A stretch of 64,000 bases of DNA from Heterodontus francisci (taxonomy: Eukaryota): contig NC_090394.1 of NCBI RefSeq assembly GCF_036365525.1, positions 41,313,367-41,377,366 of the forward strand, written 5' to 3'. This document shows, one piece after another, positions 26,701 to 38,700 of this stretch (position 1 is its first letter; every line of letters starts with the position of its first letter). Both the position numbers and the translations under genes were made by a program. A model generated the notes under the pieces. The model saw nothing but the letters and a program-made list of their open reading frames with translations. It searched no databases and had not been told where the DNA came from.

Positions 26701-29700
26701 ATCACTGACAGAACTCCCAACTGAAAATGTTCTTCCGGTAACAGTGCAGTGAAACATGAGCATTCTGTCATCTGCATTTAACAGAACACCCTCCAGTGAA
26801 CTGCAGGAACACCAAAATACAGAACTAGAAAAAAGTTCAATAAATTGCACCCAATGCTGTCTCAAACAATATCCTCACTGAAAAAAAAAAATCTATCCAA
26901 CTCCCTCTCGCATTTCCCCAAAACGTCTCACCCTGGGCAGTCCGCTCCACCTGTTCACTTTCCCTCTTCCGAGCTGGGGTCCATGGCCCGGCCACAGGGT
27001 TTGCGCTTTACTGGGGTTCAATTTATCCATACCACTTACAAATCAAAGCCTTCATTAAAAGATCGCCCCTGAGCTTTCTTTCCACCTGCGTCAACATTCC
27101 TGCTGGAAGCAAACATGCAGTGTTTTATTCACATTCAGCGTACACAAGGAAGGGTAGCGTCGGTAATGCAGAACACTGGATTTTGCTGGGTTCCCTATTT
27201 TAATTCCACCCTGCCCATTGCAGGGAGGGGGGACTGAATGCAGAAAAGAGGGCACAATTTCAAAATTGGAGTGTCTCCTGACAATGCAGAGCAATTACTG
27301 ATGTCATCAACGCATCCGAACATTTGCCAGTACGGGTCCGCCGCCGCACATGTGGGCGGCAATGTCACCACATAATGATATCAGACGCCGCCACCACCCA
27401 CCCCACCCCCATCACATGGTCACTGCCTCAACCACCACTTGTCTTCCCCACTCCCTCCCACTGTTGTCTCCTGTGCCCACTTCTCCATCCCGGTTCTTCA
27501 TAGCTCCATCCTGCTGTCCTCTTCCGCTCTTGACTGCTTGCTGCTCACTTCCCGACTTGTCCCCACCCCCCGCTTGACTGGGCAGCGGGGCAGGGAATGA
27601 ACAGCGGGAAGGAGGACCAAAGAGAAGCAGCAATTGAGAGTGAACAGGAAGCTGCAGCAATTGCAGGAGGGATTGGAGGTGGCAATTGCAGCCATTGAGG
27701 GGTGAGGGTTTGGTTCAATTAGTTTGTGTCAAATTGAGCAGCACTATCTTTATTACTGGCAGCTGCCTGAGACGTCACAGACAGTGATGTTTCAGTCAAT
27801 GAGGCTGCATTTGCACACGTGCCAGTATTGCGTCACCGAGTGGTGGCATTGTCAGCAAATTTTGAAAGGCTGTGTTTGCTAACGACACAAAACAAATATC
27901 GCGAACTGCGAGGATAGTGAGAGACATCAAGAGGACATCGTGGATTAGGTGGACGCACGGCAGATGAAATTTAATGTCGACATGCATGAAGTGATACATT
28001 TTGGTAGGAAAAACAAGGAGAGGCAATATAGAATAAAGGGTGCAATTCTAAAGGGGGTGCAGGAACAGAGGGACCTCGAAGTATGTGCACAAATTGTTGA
28101 AGGCAGCAGGGCAGGTAGAGAAAGCAGTTAATAAGGCATACAGGATCCTGGGTTTTATAAAAAGAGGCATACATAGAGTACAAAAACAAGGAGGTTTTGT
28201 GAATTTTTATAAAACATTGGGTTAGTCTCAACCGGAGTATTGCAACCAATGCTAGGTACCCAACTTTAGGAAGGATGTGAAGACATTGGACAGGGTGCAA
28301 AATAAGATTGGAGAATGGTTCCAGGGTTGAGGGACTTCAGTTATGTGGATAGATTGGAGAAGCTAGGACTATTTTCTCTTTTTTTAAATTCATTCATGGG
28401 GGTGGGCATCGCTGGCTAAGACAGCATTTATCGCCCATCCCCAATTGCCCTTGAAACGGTGGTGGTGAGCCACCTTCTTGAACGGCTGTAGTCCTTGTGG
28501 TGTAGGTACACCCACAGTGCTGTTAAGAAAAGAGTTCCAGGATTTTGACCCAGCGACAGTGAAGGAACGGCGATATAGTTCCAAGTCAAGATGGTGTGTG
28601 GCTTGCAGGTGGTGTTCCCATTCAACTGCTGCTCTTGTCCTTCTAGGTGGTAGAGCTCATGGTTTGGAAGGTGCTAAGGAGTCTTGGTGCATTGCAGCAG
28701 CGCATCTTGCAAATGGTACATACTGCTACCACTGCGCAGTGGCGGAGGGAGTGAATGTTTGTGGATGGGGTGCCAATCAAGTGGGCTGCTTTGTCCTGGA
28801 TGGTGTCGAGCTTCTTGTGTTGTTAGAGCTGCACCCATCCAGGCAAGTGGAGAGTATTCCATCACACTCCTGACTTGTGCCTTGTAGTTGGTGGACAGGT
28901 TTTGAGAGAGTCAAGGGGAGGTACTCGCCCCAGGATTCCAAGCCTCTGACCTGCTCTTGTAGCCATGGTATTTATATGGCTACCTCCAGTTCAGTTGCTG
29001 GTCAATGGTAACCCCCAGGATGTTGATACTGGGGAATTCAGCGATTGTAATGCCATTGAATGTCAAGGGGAGATGGTTAGATTCTCTCTTGTTGGAGATA
29101 GTCGTTGCCTGGTACTTGTGTGGCACAAATGTTACTTGCCACTTATCAGCCCAAGCCTGGATATTGTCCAGGTCTTGCTGCATTTCTACACGGACTGCTT
29201 CAGTATCTGAGTCGTTGCGAATGGTGCTGAACATTGCACAGTGAACATCCCCACTTCTGACTTTATGAAGGAAGGAAGGTCATTAATGAAGCAGCTGAAG
29301 ATGGTTGGGCCTAGGACACTACCCTGAGGAACCCCTCCAGCATCCTAGAGCTGAGATGATTGACCAACAACCACAACCATCATCTTTTGCGCTCGGTACG
29401 ATTCCAACCAGCGGAGAGTTCCCCCCTCCCTCAATTCCCCTTTGACTCCAGTTTTACTAGGGCTCCTTGATGCCATACTCAGTCAAATGCTGCCTTAATG
29501 TCAAGGGCAGACACTCTCACCTCTGGAGTTCAGCTCTTTTGTCCATGTTTGAGCCAAGGCTGTAATGAGCTCAGGAGCTGAGTGGCCCTGGAAGAACCCA
29601 AACTGAGCATCACTGAGCAGGTTATTGCTAAGCACGTGCCGCTTGATTGCACTGTTGACAATACCTTCCATCACTTCACCGATGATAGAGAGCAGAATGA

Positions 29701-32700
29701 TAAGGTGGTGATTGGCCAGGTTGGATTTGTCCTGCTTTTGTGGACAGGACGTACCTGGGCAATTTTCTACATTGCTGGGTAGATGCCAGTGTTGTAGCTG
29801 TACTGGAACAACTTGGCTATGCGCATGGTAAGTTCTGGAGCAGAAGTCTTCAGTACTATTGCCAGAATATTGTCAGGGGCCCATAGCCTTTGCAGTATCC
29901 AGTGCCTTCAGCCATTTCTGGATATCATGTGGAGTGAACTGTATTGGGTGAAGACTGGCATCTGTGATGCTGGGGACTTTAGGAGGAGGCCAAGTTGGAT
30001 CATCCATTCAGCACTTCTGGCTGAAGATTGTGCCTTGTCTGTTGCATTAATGTGCTGGGCTCCCCCATCATTGAGGATGGGGATATTTGTGGAACCACCT
30101 CCTCTAGTTAGTTGTTTAATTGTCCACCACCATTCACAACTGGATGTGGCAGGACTGCAGAGCTTAAATCTGATCCATGGATTGTGGGAATCGCTTAGCT
30201 GTGTTTGTCGCATGCTGCTTACACTGTTTGGCCCGCAATAGTCCTGGGTTGTAGCTTCACCAGTTTGATACCTCGTTTTGAGGTATGCCTAGTGCTGCTC
30301 CTGGCATGCCCTCCTGCATTCTTCATTGACCCAGGGTTGATTCCCCAGCTTGATGGCAATGATAGAGTGGGGAATATGCCCGGCCATGAGGTTAAAGATG
30401 GAGTACAATTCTGCTGCTGCCCCACAGCACCTCAGATACCCAGTTTTGAGTTGCTAGAACTGTTCGAAGTCTATCCCATTTAGCACAGTGGTCATGCCAC
30501 ACAACACGATGGAGGGCATCCTCAATATGAAGATGGGACTTCATCTCCACAAGGACGGTGTTGTGGTCACTCCTATCATGGACAGATGCATCTGCAACAG
30601 GCAGACTGGTGAGGACAAGGTCAAATATGTTTTTCCCTCACCACCTGCCATAGACCCAGTCTTGCAGCTATGTCTTTTAGGACTCAGCCAGCAGTCAGTA
30701 ATGGTGCTACCAAGCCACTCTTGGTGATGGACATTGAAGTCCCCCACCCAGTACATGCTGCACTCATCACCCTCAGGTGCTTCTTCCAAGTAGCGTTCAA
30801 CATGGAGGAGTGCTGATTCATCAGCTGAGGGGAGAGTGGTGGGTGGTTATCAGCAGGAGGTTTCCTTGCCCATGTTTGACCTGATGCCACAAGACTTCAT
30901 GGGGTCTCCCAGGGCAACTCCCTCCCAACTGTATACCACTGTGCTGCCACTTCTGCTGGGTCTGTCCTGCCAGTGGGACATGACATACCTGGGGATGGTG
31001 ATGGCAGTGTCTGGGACACTGAACTGTATTTTTTTCTCCTCTGTCTTAAAGGCACACTGCTTCAAACAGAGAGAGAAGTTTTAGATTTATGAGGCACAGT
31101 GTGCCAGCTGCAGTTGTTACCTAGGCAACAGAAGGAGTGAGGTCACATGGCATAATGTTTCAATTTATCTGTAAAAACCAGCTAATACCAGTTGAGACAC
31201 CAGCAAAGCATGCTTACTGAAGGAAAGAGCTGTCTATTTCTCAGCAGAAATTCTACAATAAGTCACAGGCTGTGTTAATTGCCGGAGGAAAAAACCCTTT
31301 GAAGAGATCATTTGTATTGCTAAAGGTAGCAAAACTCCTTTTCTTTACTTCCAAGAGTCTTGGCTTCAAGATTGACTCTCTTGACTGATTGTGTTTGCTG
31401 GAATTTTCAGTAAAGCTTTTACTAAAAGACTGCCGATTTTTAAAAATTCAAGTAGACCTATTGCTGTGCTCATCTTTGAAAGAACTGTTTGATGCCTGCA
31501 GCAGCCAGAATGTTTTGAATGCCTATCTGTTGAAGGAATGTTTCATCAAATCCATGTGGAGACTTAGAGTGCATTGGATATTTTGTTTTTACACGAAGAT
31601 ATCTCACTCATCAGAAACGTAACCCACAAAGACTAATAACGCAGTTATTTATTCTAAAGAAACAGCTTTTTTTTTTAAAACATTCTTTTTAAAAACCACT
31701 TAACCCTTGATTTGAATGAGAGAATGGGGGAGTTAGGTTAAAATACGAAGTTATAAGATCTTTAGACATGGGTTTATCTTAATAGTATTTAAGATTTAGT
31801 TTTTAATAAATAGTTAATCTGTTGTCTAAAGATACCTGGTTTGTCAGTTTTATATTGGAGTGTGGGGGTGGGGGTTTACTAGAGTGTTTAATTTGTCTGT
31901 TTTCCAGTTGGGTGGGGAAAAAAAAAAACACTTACTTAATATGCTGCGACCTGTGGACTGATGGGACTGAATTGACAGTGCGTTGCTCCCACCTTGGTTG
32001 TAACATCTGTAAAATATGATTTCGTGAGCATGACTACGTCAGGCTACTGCTTGACTAGTCTATGGGACAGCTCTCCCAACTTTGGCACAGGCCCCAAGAT
32101 GTTAGGAAGGAGGACTTTGCAGGGTCGACAGGGCTGAGTTTGCCATTGTCGTTTCCTGTGCCTTAGTCAATGCCGGATTGTCTGTCCGGTTTCATTCCTT
32201 ATTGACTTTGTGGTGCCGAGACACAACTGAGTGTCTTGCTAGGCCATTTTAAGAGTCAACCACATTGCTTTGGGTCTGGTGTCACATGTCGGCCAGACCA
32301 GGTAAGGGCATCAGATTTCCTTCCCTAAAAAAGGACATTAGTGAACCAGACAGGTTTTTACAACAATCGACAATGTTTTCATGGCCACCATTAGACTAGC
32401 TTTTAATTCCAGATTTATTAATTGAATTCAGATTCCATCTTCTGCCGTGGTGGGATTCAAAGCCATGTCCCCAGAGCATTACCCTGGGTCTCTGGGTTAC
32501 TAGTCCAGTGACAATACCATAACACTACCGTCTCCTCACTAATGGCTGTTGCAACCAAAAGTTTGGCCAGGGTTTAACAGAAAAACAGGATAAAAGCACA
32601 GAATGAGAGAATATAGAACACCTGTTTAGTCTGGCAAAATACCCACTCTCATGGACTTTGACTAGTTAGATGTCAACTGTGGACACCAGTAGAAGAAAAG

Positions 32701-35700
32701 GTAGTCCGGCATAGGATAGAGAGAGGGGTCAGGCTGTGCCAATGCATGTAACCCTGACCAGTGGTCAGCTTTCCTCCCAGCAGACCCCCACAACACCACC
32801 CCAACCACCAAGGCATGGGCCCCACAGGCAGCCACAAGCAAGACGGCAGAGAGTCACCGCAGTCAGTCAGCGAGTCTCCTGGGTGGCCAATCCTGTTGAG
32901 TCTCAGCAGATCCACACTTTGCTCGTGTGGCTGGCTGTGCAAGATGGTGACAGCAACACAGTATAAAAACTCGTAGTATGACATGGAGATAATTAATTTT
33001 TGCTTGCTTCCTAAAAAGGGAGAGACAGTCAATTGAAGTTTTGTTAGGGATGGGAGTCAAGGGATATGGAGCAAAGGTGGTAAAAATGGAGTCGAATTAC
33101 AGATGAGTGACAGTGTGATTGAATGGCAGAATGGCCTCCCCCCATTCCATACAAGGGTGGGGGTTCATGGGGCTGAACAGCCACCAGATCAGGTGTTACC
33201 CAATGCTGATTATTGTAAATAAGGTGCTTACCTTTTGCCTACATAGAGGTTCCTTTTTGGGCTCTTCAGCTTTGGCCTCTTGCTGTACTACCTCTTTTGG
33301 CGTGTTTACGGCTAGAACGTCATTAATTGTTGATCCAATTACCATTATCTTTGCACCATTTGTGACTTTAATTTCACGTAAGGTTTTATCTTCTTGGAGC
33401 AGTCCCTTGTACATGACCTTTTGCATAGCAGGAGTGAGACCTGACAAACAAAAGTGTTGATCTTAGACCAGTCCTTGAAAAATCAGATTAAATGTACATC
33501 ACTACTGGGGCCAGTGACACGGATCAGCGCCTGCGATAGGTTATGCAAATGAGAGAACCAATTTGAAATCTCTCCCCCACTCCCTACATCCTTTTTCCTC
33601 TAGTAGGAGATGGTCCAGAGACCTCTTGCTGTGAAACTGCATAATTAGAAAGTACACAAGAAGGCAGAGTACCTCTCCCTTCCTGACAGAACAGATCAAG
33701 AACCCATTGCTTTGGAGGAGTGACAGTGGGTGGTGGGGGCAAGGGAGAATGACAGCTGTAGATCAGCACACCCAGATACACATGGGCTGCCATCTGTGGC
33801 TGCGTACAATACTTAAATAAACTCGAACAGCAATTTTTTTCCCCTCCTGAAGGCACTGACTCCTGCTGGATCAAGTACACTAAAGCTGGCAGTCACTCCA
33901 ATATCACACTTAAAGAATCTATAATTACAGTCACCCTACATGTACAGTATGGGCTAGATACAAAATAAAGCTCCTTCCACACCACTCCAAACACTTCCAG
34001 GACGGGTATAGCATGGGCTAGAGAGAGTAAAGAACTCCTACACCATTCCATCAAACACTTCCAGAACAGCTATAGCACAGGTTAGATACTGAGCTCCCTC
34101 GATTCTTCAGTGTCAGAACAATCCCTCCACCACTAATATTTCCATTTCCCTGAAAAGGTCTTCAAGTGAGAACATAGAAAATTAATACAAAACTTTGCCA
34201 TTTTGCACTGTACCTTTGTGCCAACATCTGGACTGTTACTGTTCCAATCTTTCAGGTCACAGAAAAAATTCTCTTCAGCCCATGGTGCTGGACTGGATTC
34301 AAGCAAGAGTGACAAAAACACCAATTTATATAGTGCCAATCAAACTTCAACTAACAGTTCAGCATGTAGAAATCCAACTGGTTCAGTAGTTCTTAGAGTG
34401 GAGGAGAGAGAAGACTACACAGGTGTCAGGGAAAAGCAAAGGAACAGAAATGCTGCAAAACCAGTTTCCTGCCATTCAAGGGGAGTTCTTTCCACATTCA
34501 CAAAATATGTACCGTTCTTAAATCCAGTAGGGAATTCAGGAGAAACTTCTTTACCCAGAGTTTATCCAACCTCTCCTCATAGCTAATGTCCTCCAGACCA
34601 GGCAACATCCTGGTAAACCTCTTCTGTACCTTCTCCAAAGCCTCCACGTCCTTCTGATTAGTAAATTTGCGGACGACACAAAGGTTGGTGGAGTTGCGGA
34701 CAGTGATGAGGATTGTCAGAGGATACAGCAGGATATAGATCGGTTGGAGACTTGGGCGGAGAAATGGCAGATGGAGTTTAATCTGGACAAATGTGAGGTA
34801 ATGCATTTTGGAAGGTCTAATGCAGGTGGGAAGTATACAGTAAATGGCAGAACCCTTAGGAGTATTGACAGGCAGAGAGATCTGGGCGTACAGATCCACA
34901 GGTCACAGAAAGTGGCAACGCAGGTGGATAAGGTAGTCAAGGCATACGGCATGCTTGCCTTCATCGGTTGGGGAATAGGCAAGTCATGTTGCAGCTGTAC
35001 AGAACCTTAGTTAGGCCACACTTAGAATATTGCGTGCAATTCTGGTCACCACACTACCAGAAGGACGTGGAGGCTTTGGAGAGGGTACAGAGGAGGTTTA
35101 CCAGGATGTTGCCTGGTCTGGAGGGCATTAGCTATGAGGAGAGGTTGGATAAACTCGGATTGTTTTCACTGGAACGACGGAGGTGGAGGGGCGACATGAT
35201 AGAGGTTTACAAAGTTATAAGCGGCATGGACAGAGTGGATAGTCAGAAGCTTTTTCCCAGGGTGGAAGAGTCAGTTACTAGGGAACATAGGTTTAAGGTG
35301 AGAGGGGCAAAGTTTAGAGGGGATGTGCGAGGCAAGTTCTTTACACAGAGGGTGGTGAGTGCCTGGAACTTGCTGCCGGGGGAGGTGGTGGAAGCAGGTA
35401 CCATAGAGACGTTTAAGAGGCATCTTGACAAATACATGAATAGGATGGGAATAGAGGGATACGGACCCTGGAAGTGCAGAAGGTTTTAGTTTAGGCAGGC
35501 CTCAAGATCGGCACAGGCTTGGAGGGCCGAATGGCCCATTCCTGTGCTGTACTGTTCTTTGTTCAGAGTGGCGAGAATGTGGGGCTCATTACTATATGGA
35601 GTGTTTGACGCAAATAGCATAGGTGCCTTTAAAGGGAAGCTAGACAAGCACAAGGGAGAAGGAAATAGAAGATGCTGATTGAGTGAGATGAAGTAGGGTG

Positions 35701-38700
35701 GAAGGAGGCTTGTGTGAAGTACAAATGCCTGCACAGACTTCTTGGATCAAATGGCCTGTTTCTGTGCTGGAAATTCTATGTAATTCAGGGCTATTAGTGG
35801 TAGAATCAAGGGACTCCAGCATTTCTCAGTGCACCATGCTTTGTCATTGTCCTGCTCCTCTGCTATTTAATTCTCAACGAGAAAATCTGGTAAATTAATG
35901 TGGATCCATCCTCCCAGTAAAACACACCTGTGAGCGAGTGAATCTTTTCTTTCAGACTGGCTCCTGTACTATCCAGTGCAACTCTCAGATCATATTTGTT
36001 TTTGTTCCAAATAATTTTCAGGTCTACCATTTCCTTCTCAGCATCCGACTCGCCACCATTGCTGACTGAAGTCTGAGGGAGTGCATTCTCGTTCTCCATT
36101 TGTTCGGTCAGTAAGGACTGAGCGTCCCCTTCACCAGCTGTCCCACAGCTTGGTTTCTCTTTCTGAACGGTTGTGTCTGTGCAAGCCTCTGTTTCCATTC
36201 CACCAGTGTCTGCCCCTGCAATTAAACATTCAATAAAACTCCAAGGTTAACTATCCGAGTAGCAAGATTTATCATTTATCTACGAAATATTAAAAAATCT
36301 TGTGAGCACACTTCATACCTACAGAACCTTACTGCCTCCTTTTTTTACATTTTTGTGTCAACTTACCCCTCATTATAAATTACTACAGGTCCATTTATAA
36401 TAGAAACGACCTATGTAAAAACGTCACACCGCAATTACATCCTTCCACCATTGGTAGGGCTGTAATACCTCAGTTTTGTATCTCCCAACTACCGAGCTTG
36501 TACAGGACAGAAATTCCTTTACACCCACTAACTACTTGACTTGTCAAATTAAACAGAAACGTATAAAATAAGGATAAGATGTGGCCTGCATTACATCCGC
36601 ACCCTAGTCCAATATCTCAGTCACAGCGTTCAATCCCATGGAAGATCAACTAATATTTTACATTTTTCAATTTAACCACTCCCTCATTCCCAAATAAAAC
36701 CAACAGCAAATCTGTTTTTAGTATTAACCAATGCTGCTACACAATCAGCTGCCAGGCCCAGGATAAGGGTCTCTGCCAGGCAGCTTTCTTCATCCAACTT
36801 ACCTCCAAAATCAGCCGAAGATCAAAAACCTCACTGGACACGGGAACAAAAAAACCCACAAATACAAACTGGGGCCCTACCATTCCACTCAGCCTGCAGG
36901 AAAAGCAACCACTTGTGTAGGTACAAAACCTCCCTGTGAAGCTAACAATGCAAAGCTTCCTCTCTAGAACAAATATGAGGCCAAATCACTTAATCCAATA
37001 TAATGAAATTCTTAGTTATATGCACTTTGCTATCTACAGAACATTTGTATTTTATAATCAAAAGCTGTGACAATGTAAACTTTCACATTGGTAGTTAAAA
37101 ATCTAATCAGTGGCAGCACAGTAGTTTTTTTTTTTTTTGCATCAAGCAGCTCCCACAACAAAATTCCTACTCTCCAACCAACTACTGCTCCACTTCCCAA
37201 ATTGGTGAAAGTTTTGCTATTTAACTATAAATATGAAATCAAAGTATTATAAAAGTGATAGAATGTATGACTTTTATTAAATAAAAAAAGTAACTGAATT
37301 TTATCTGCATGCCCTGGTCCTATTATCCCAAGGCTTCTAGCCCTGCTTCACCTGGTCTCAACTGCCCATGTGCATCACTGCAGGAAAAATCTACCAGCAA
37401 ACTTTTAAATGTTTTGAATTTCTAAAGGTATAGATGATTTACTGTACAAGTAAACATAACAGTTGGTCCACAGTAGCTCTGTGGTAGTAGAAAGTACTTG
37501 TTCCTTACAAAAAATGGAAATTCAGCCTCAAATAATAAGCATTACAGGGCGCTGAACAAGAAAGTAATAATCAGCCCACTAACGACAATACCATTTGTAC
37601 TTCACTCCTTTGGTATCAAGCTCGAGAGAACACCAAACTAAGTGCTTGATGGCTACAGATTTGGCATATAATTTATTTTTTTAAATCTAGGGCACACTGT
37701 TCAGTGGTAAATATTGTAGGGGTTTCAATAGTCAGCCTCACAGGTCAGATTCCACCCTCACTAGGGCAAGGATGAGAGTTTTACAATTGGCTGCAGTGCC
37801 CAAACACTTTCACTGGGCACTATCTGCAACAGTAGGTCTGGTGTACATAGAACCACCTGGTACTCAAGTACCATCCTAAGATATTAAGAGGCCCCCAGCA
37901 TGATTTGACGAAAATTGGAGTGTCCTCGTGTCCTGCTGACCCACGAGTCCCTTAGCCAACACCATCACAGACCAGTCGGTCATTCAATTCACTGCCATTT
38001 ACCAGAGCAGAATGGCTACTCTAGATGCTTAACAGTCACTAAGTAATTCACTGAGTAAAACCCCTTCCAACATTTCAATTATTTGATAGGTACTATGTAA
38101 AGCAAGCTCTCTTCCGATTGCTAACCAACAAAACACATATTAGAGTGCATACAGGCACCAGCTAAGGACAGGATCAGGCTCGGCTGTGATAACTCAAGGG
38201 GAAATAGCCTGCTGACACACATTAACTAGTGGCCAGTATAATATTACTAAGGCAAAGGTAAACAGAGTTCACCCCTTCAATAAACTACATACAGCTCTCA
38301 AATGCAATCTACCTCCTAATACACAATGCTTACACGTGAAACTAATCCAGTAGCACCAAGCAAGGAGACCTCGTCTATTGACGAAATTCTGATCGGTTCT
38401 GAGAGAACGGTTGCTCTCCGTAAGCTGAAAACATTCACTCAGACTTTCTTTCCTGTTTAAACAAAATAAAAGCTTATTTAGTTCTAGGAACAAACGGTTA
38501 ATGAACTTCCTTAAGGATAAAGAGGAGGTGGGAGTGGGGGAAAATCAAGAGGAGGGTAATTTTCTCTCATAATTCATTGGGCAGAAAACTTGTGTAAGAT
38601 TTCTGTGTACATACTTGTTTTAAGATGGCCATAAATCAATTTTTGACTGTTTAAAAAGTAGAAAGAGTTTTGCTCAAAATGTGTACACACATACCAGGGA

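Noticed and set aside
27320-27885. Possible second DNA transposon in UBFD1 intron 3
   Set aside because: GC-rich and repeat-like, but no TIRs or TSD could be identified by eye.
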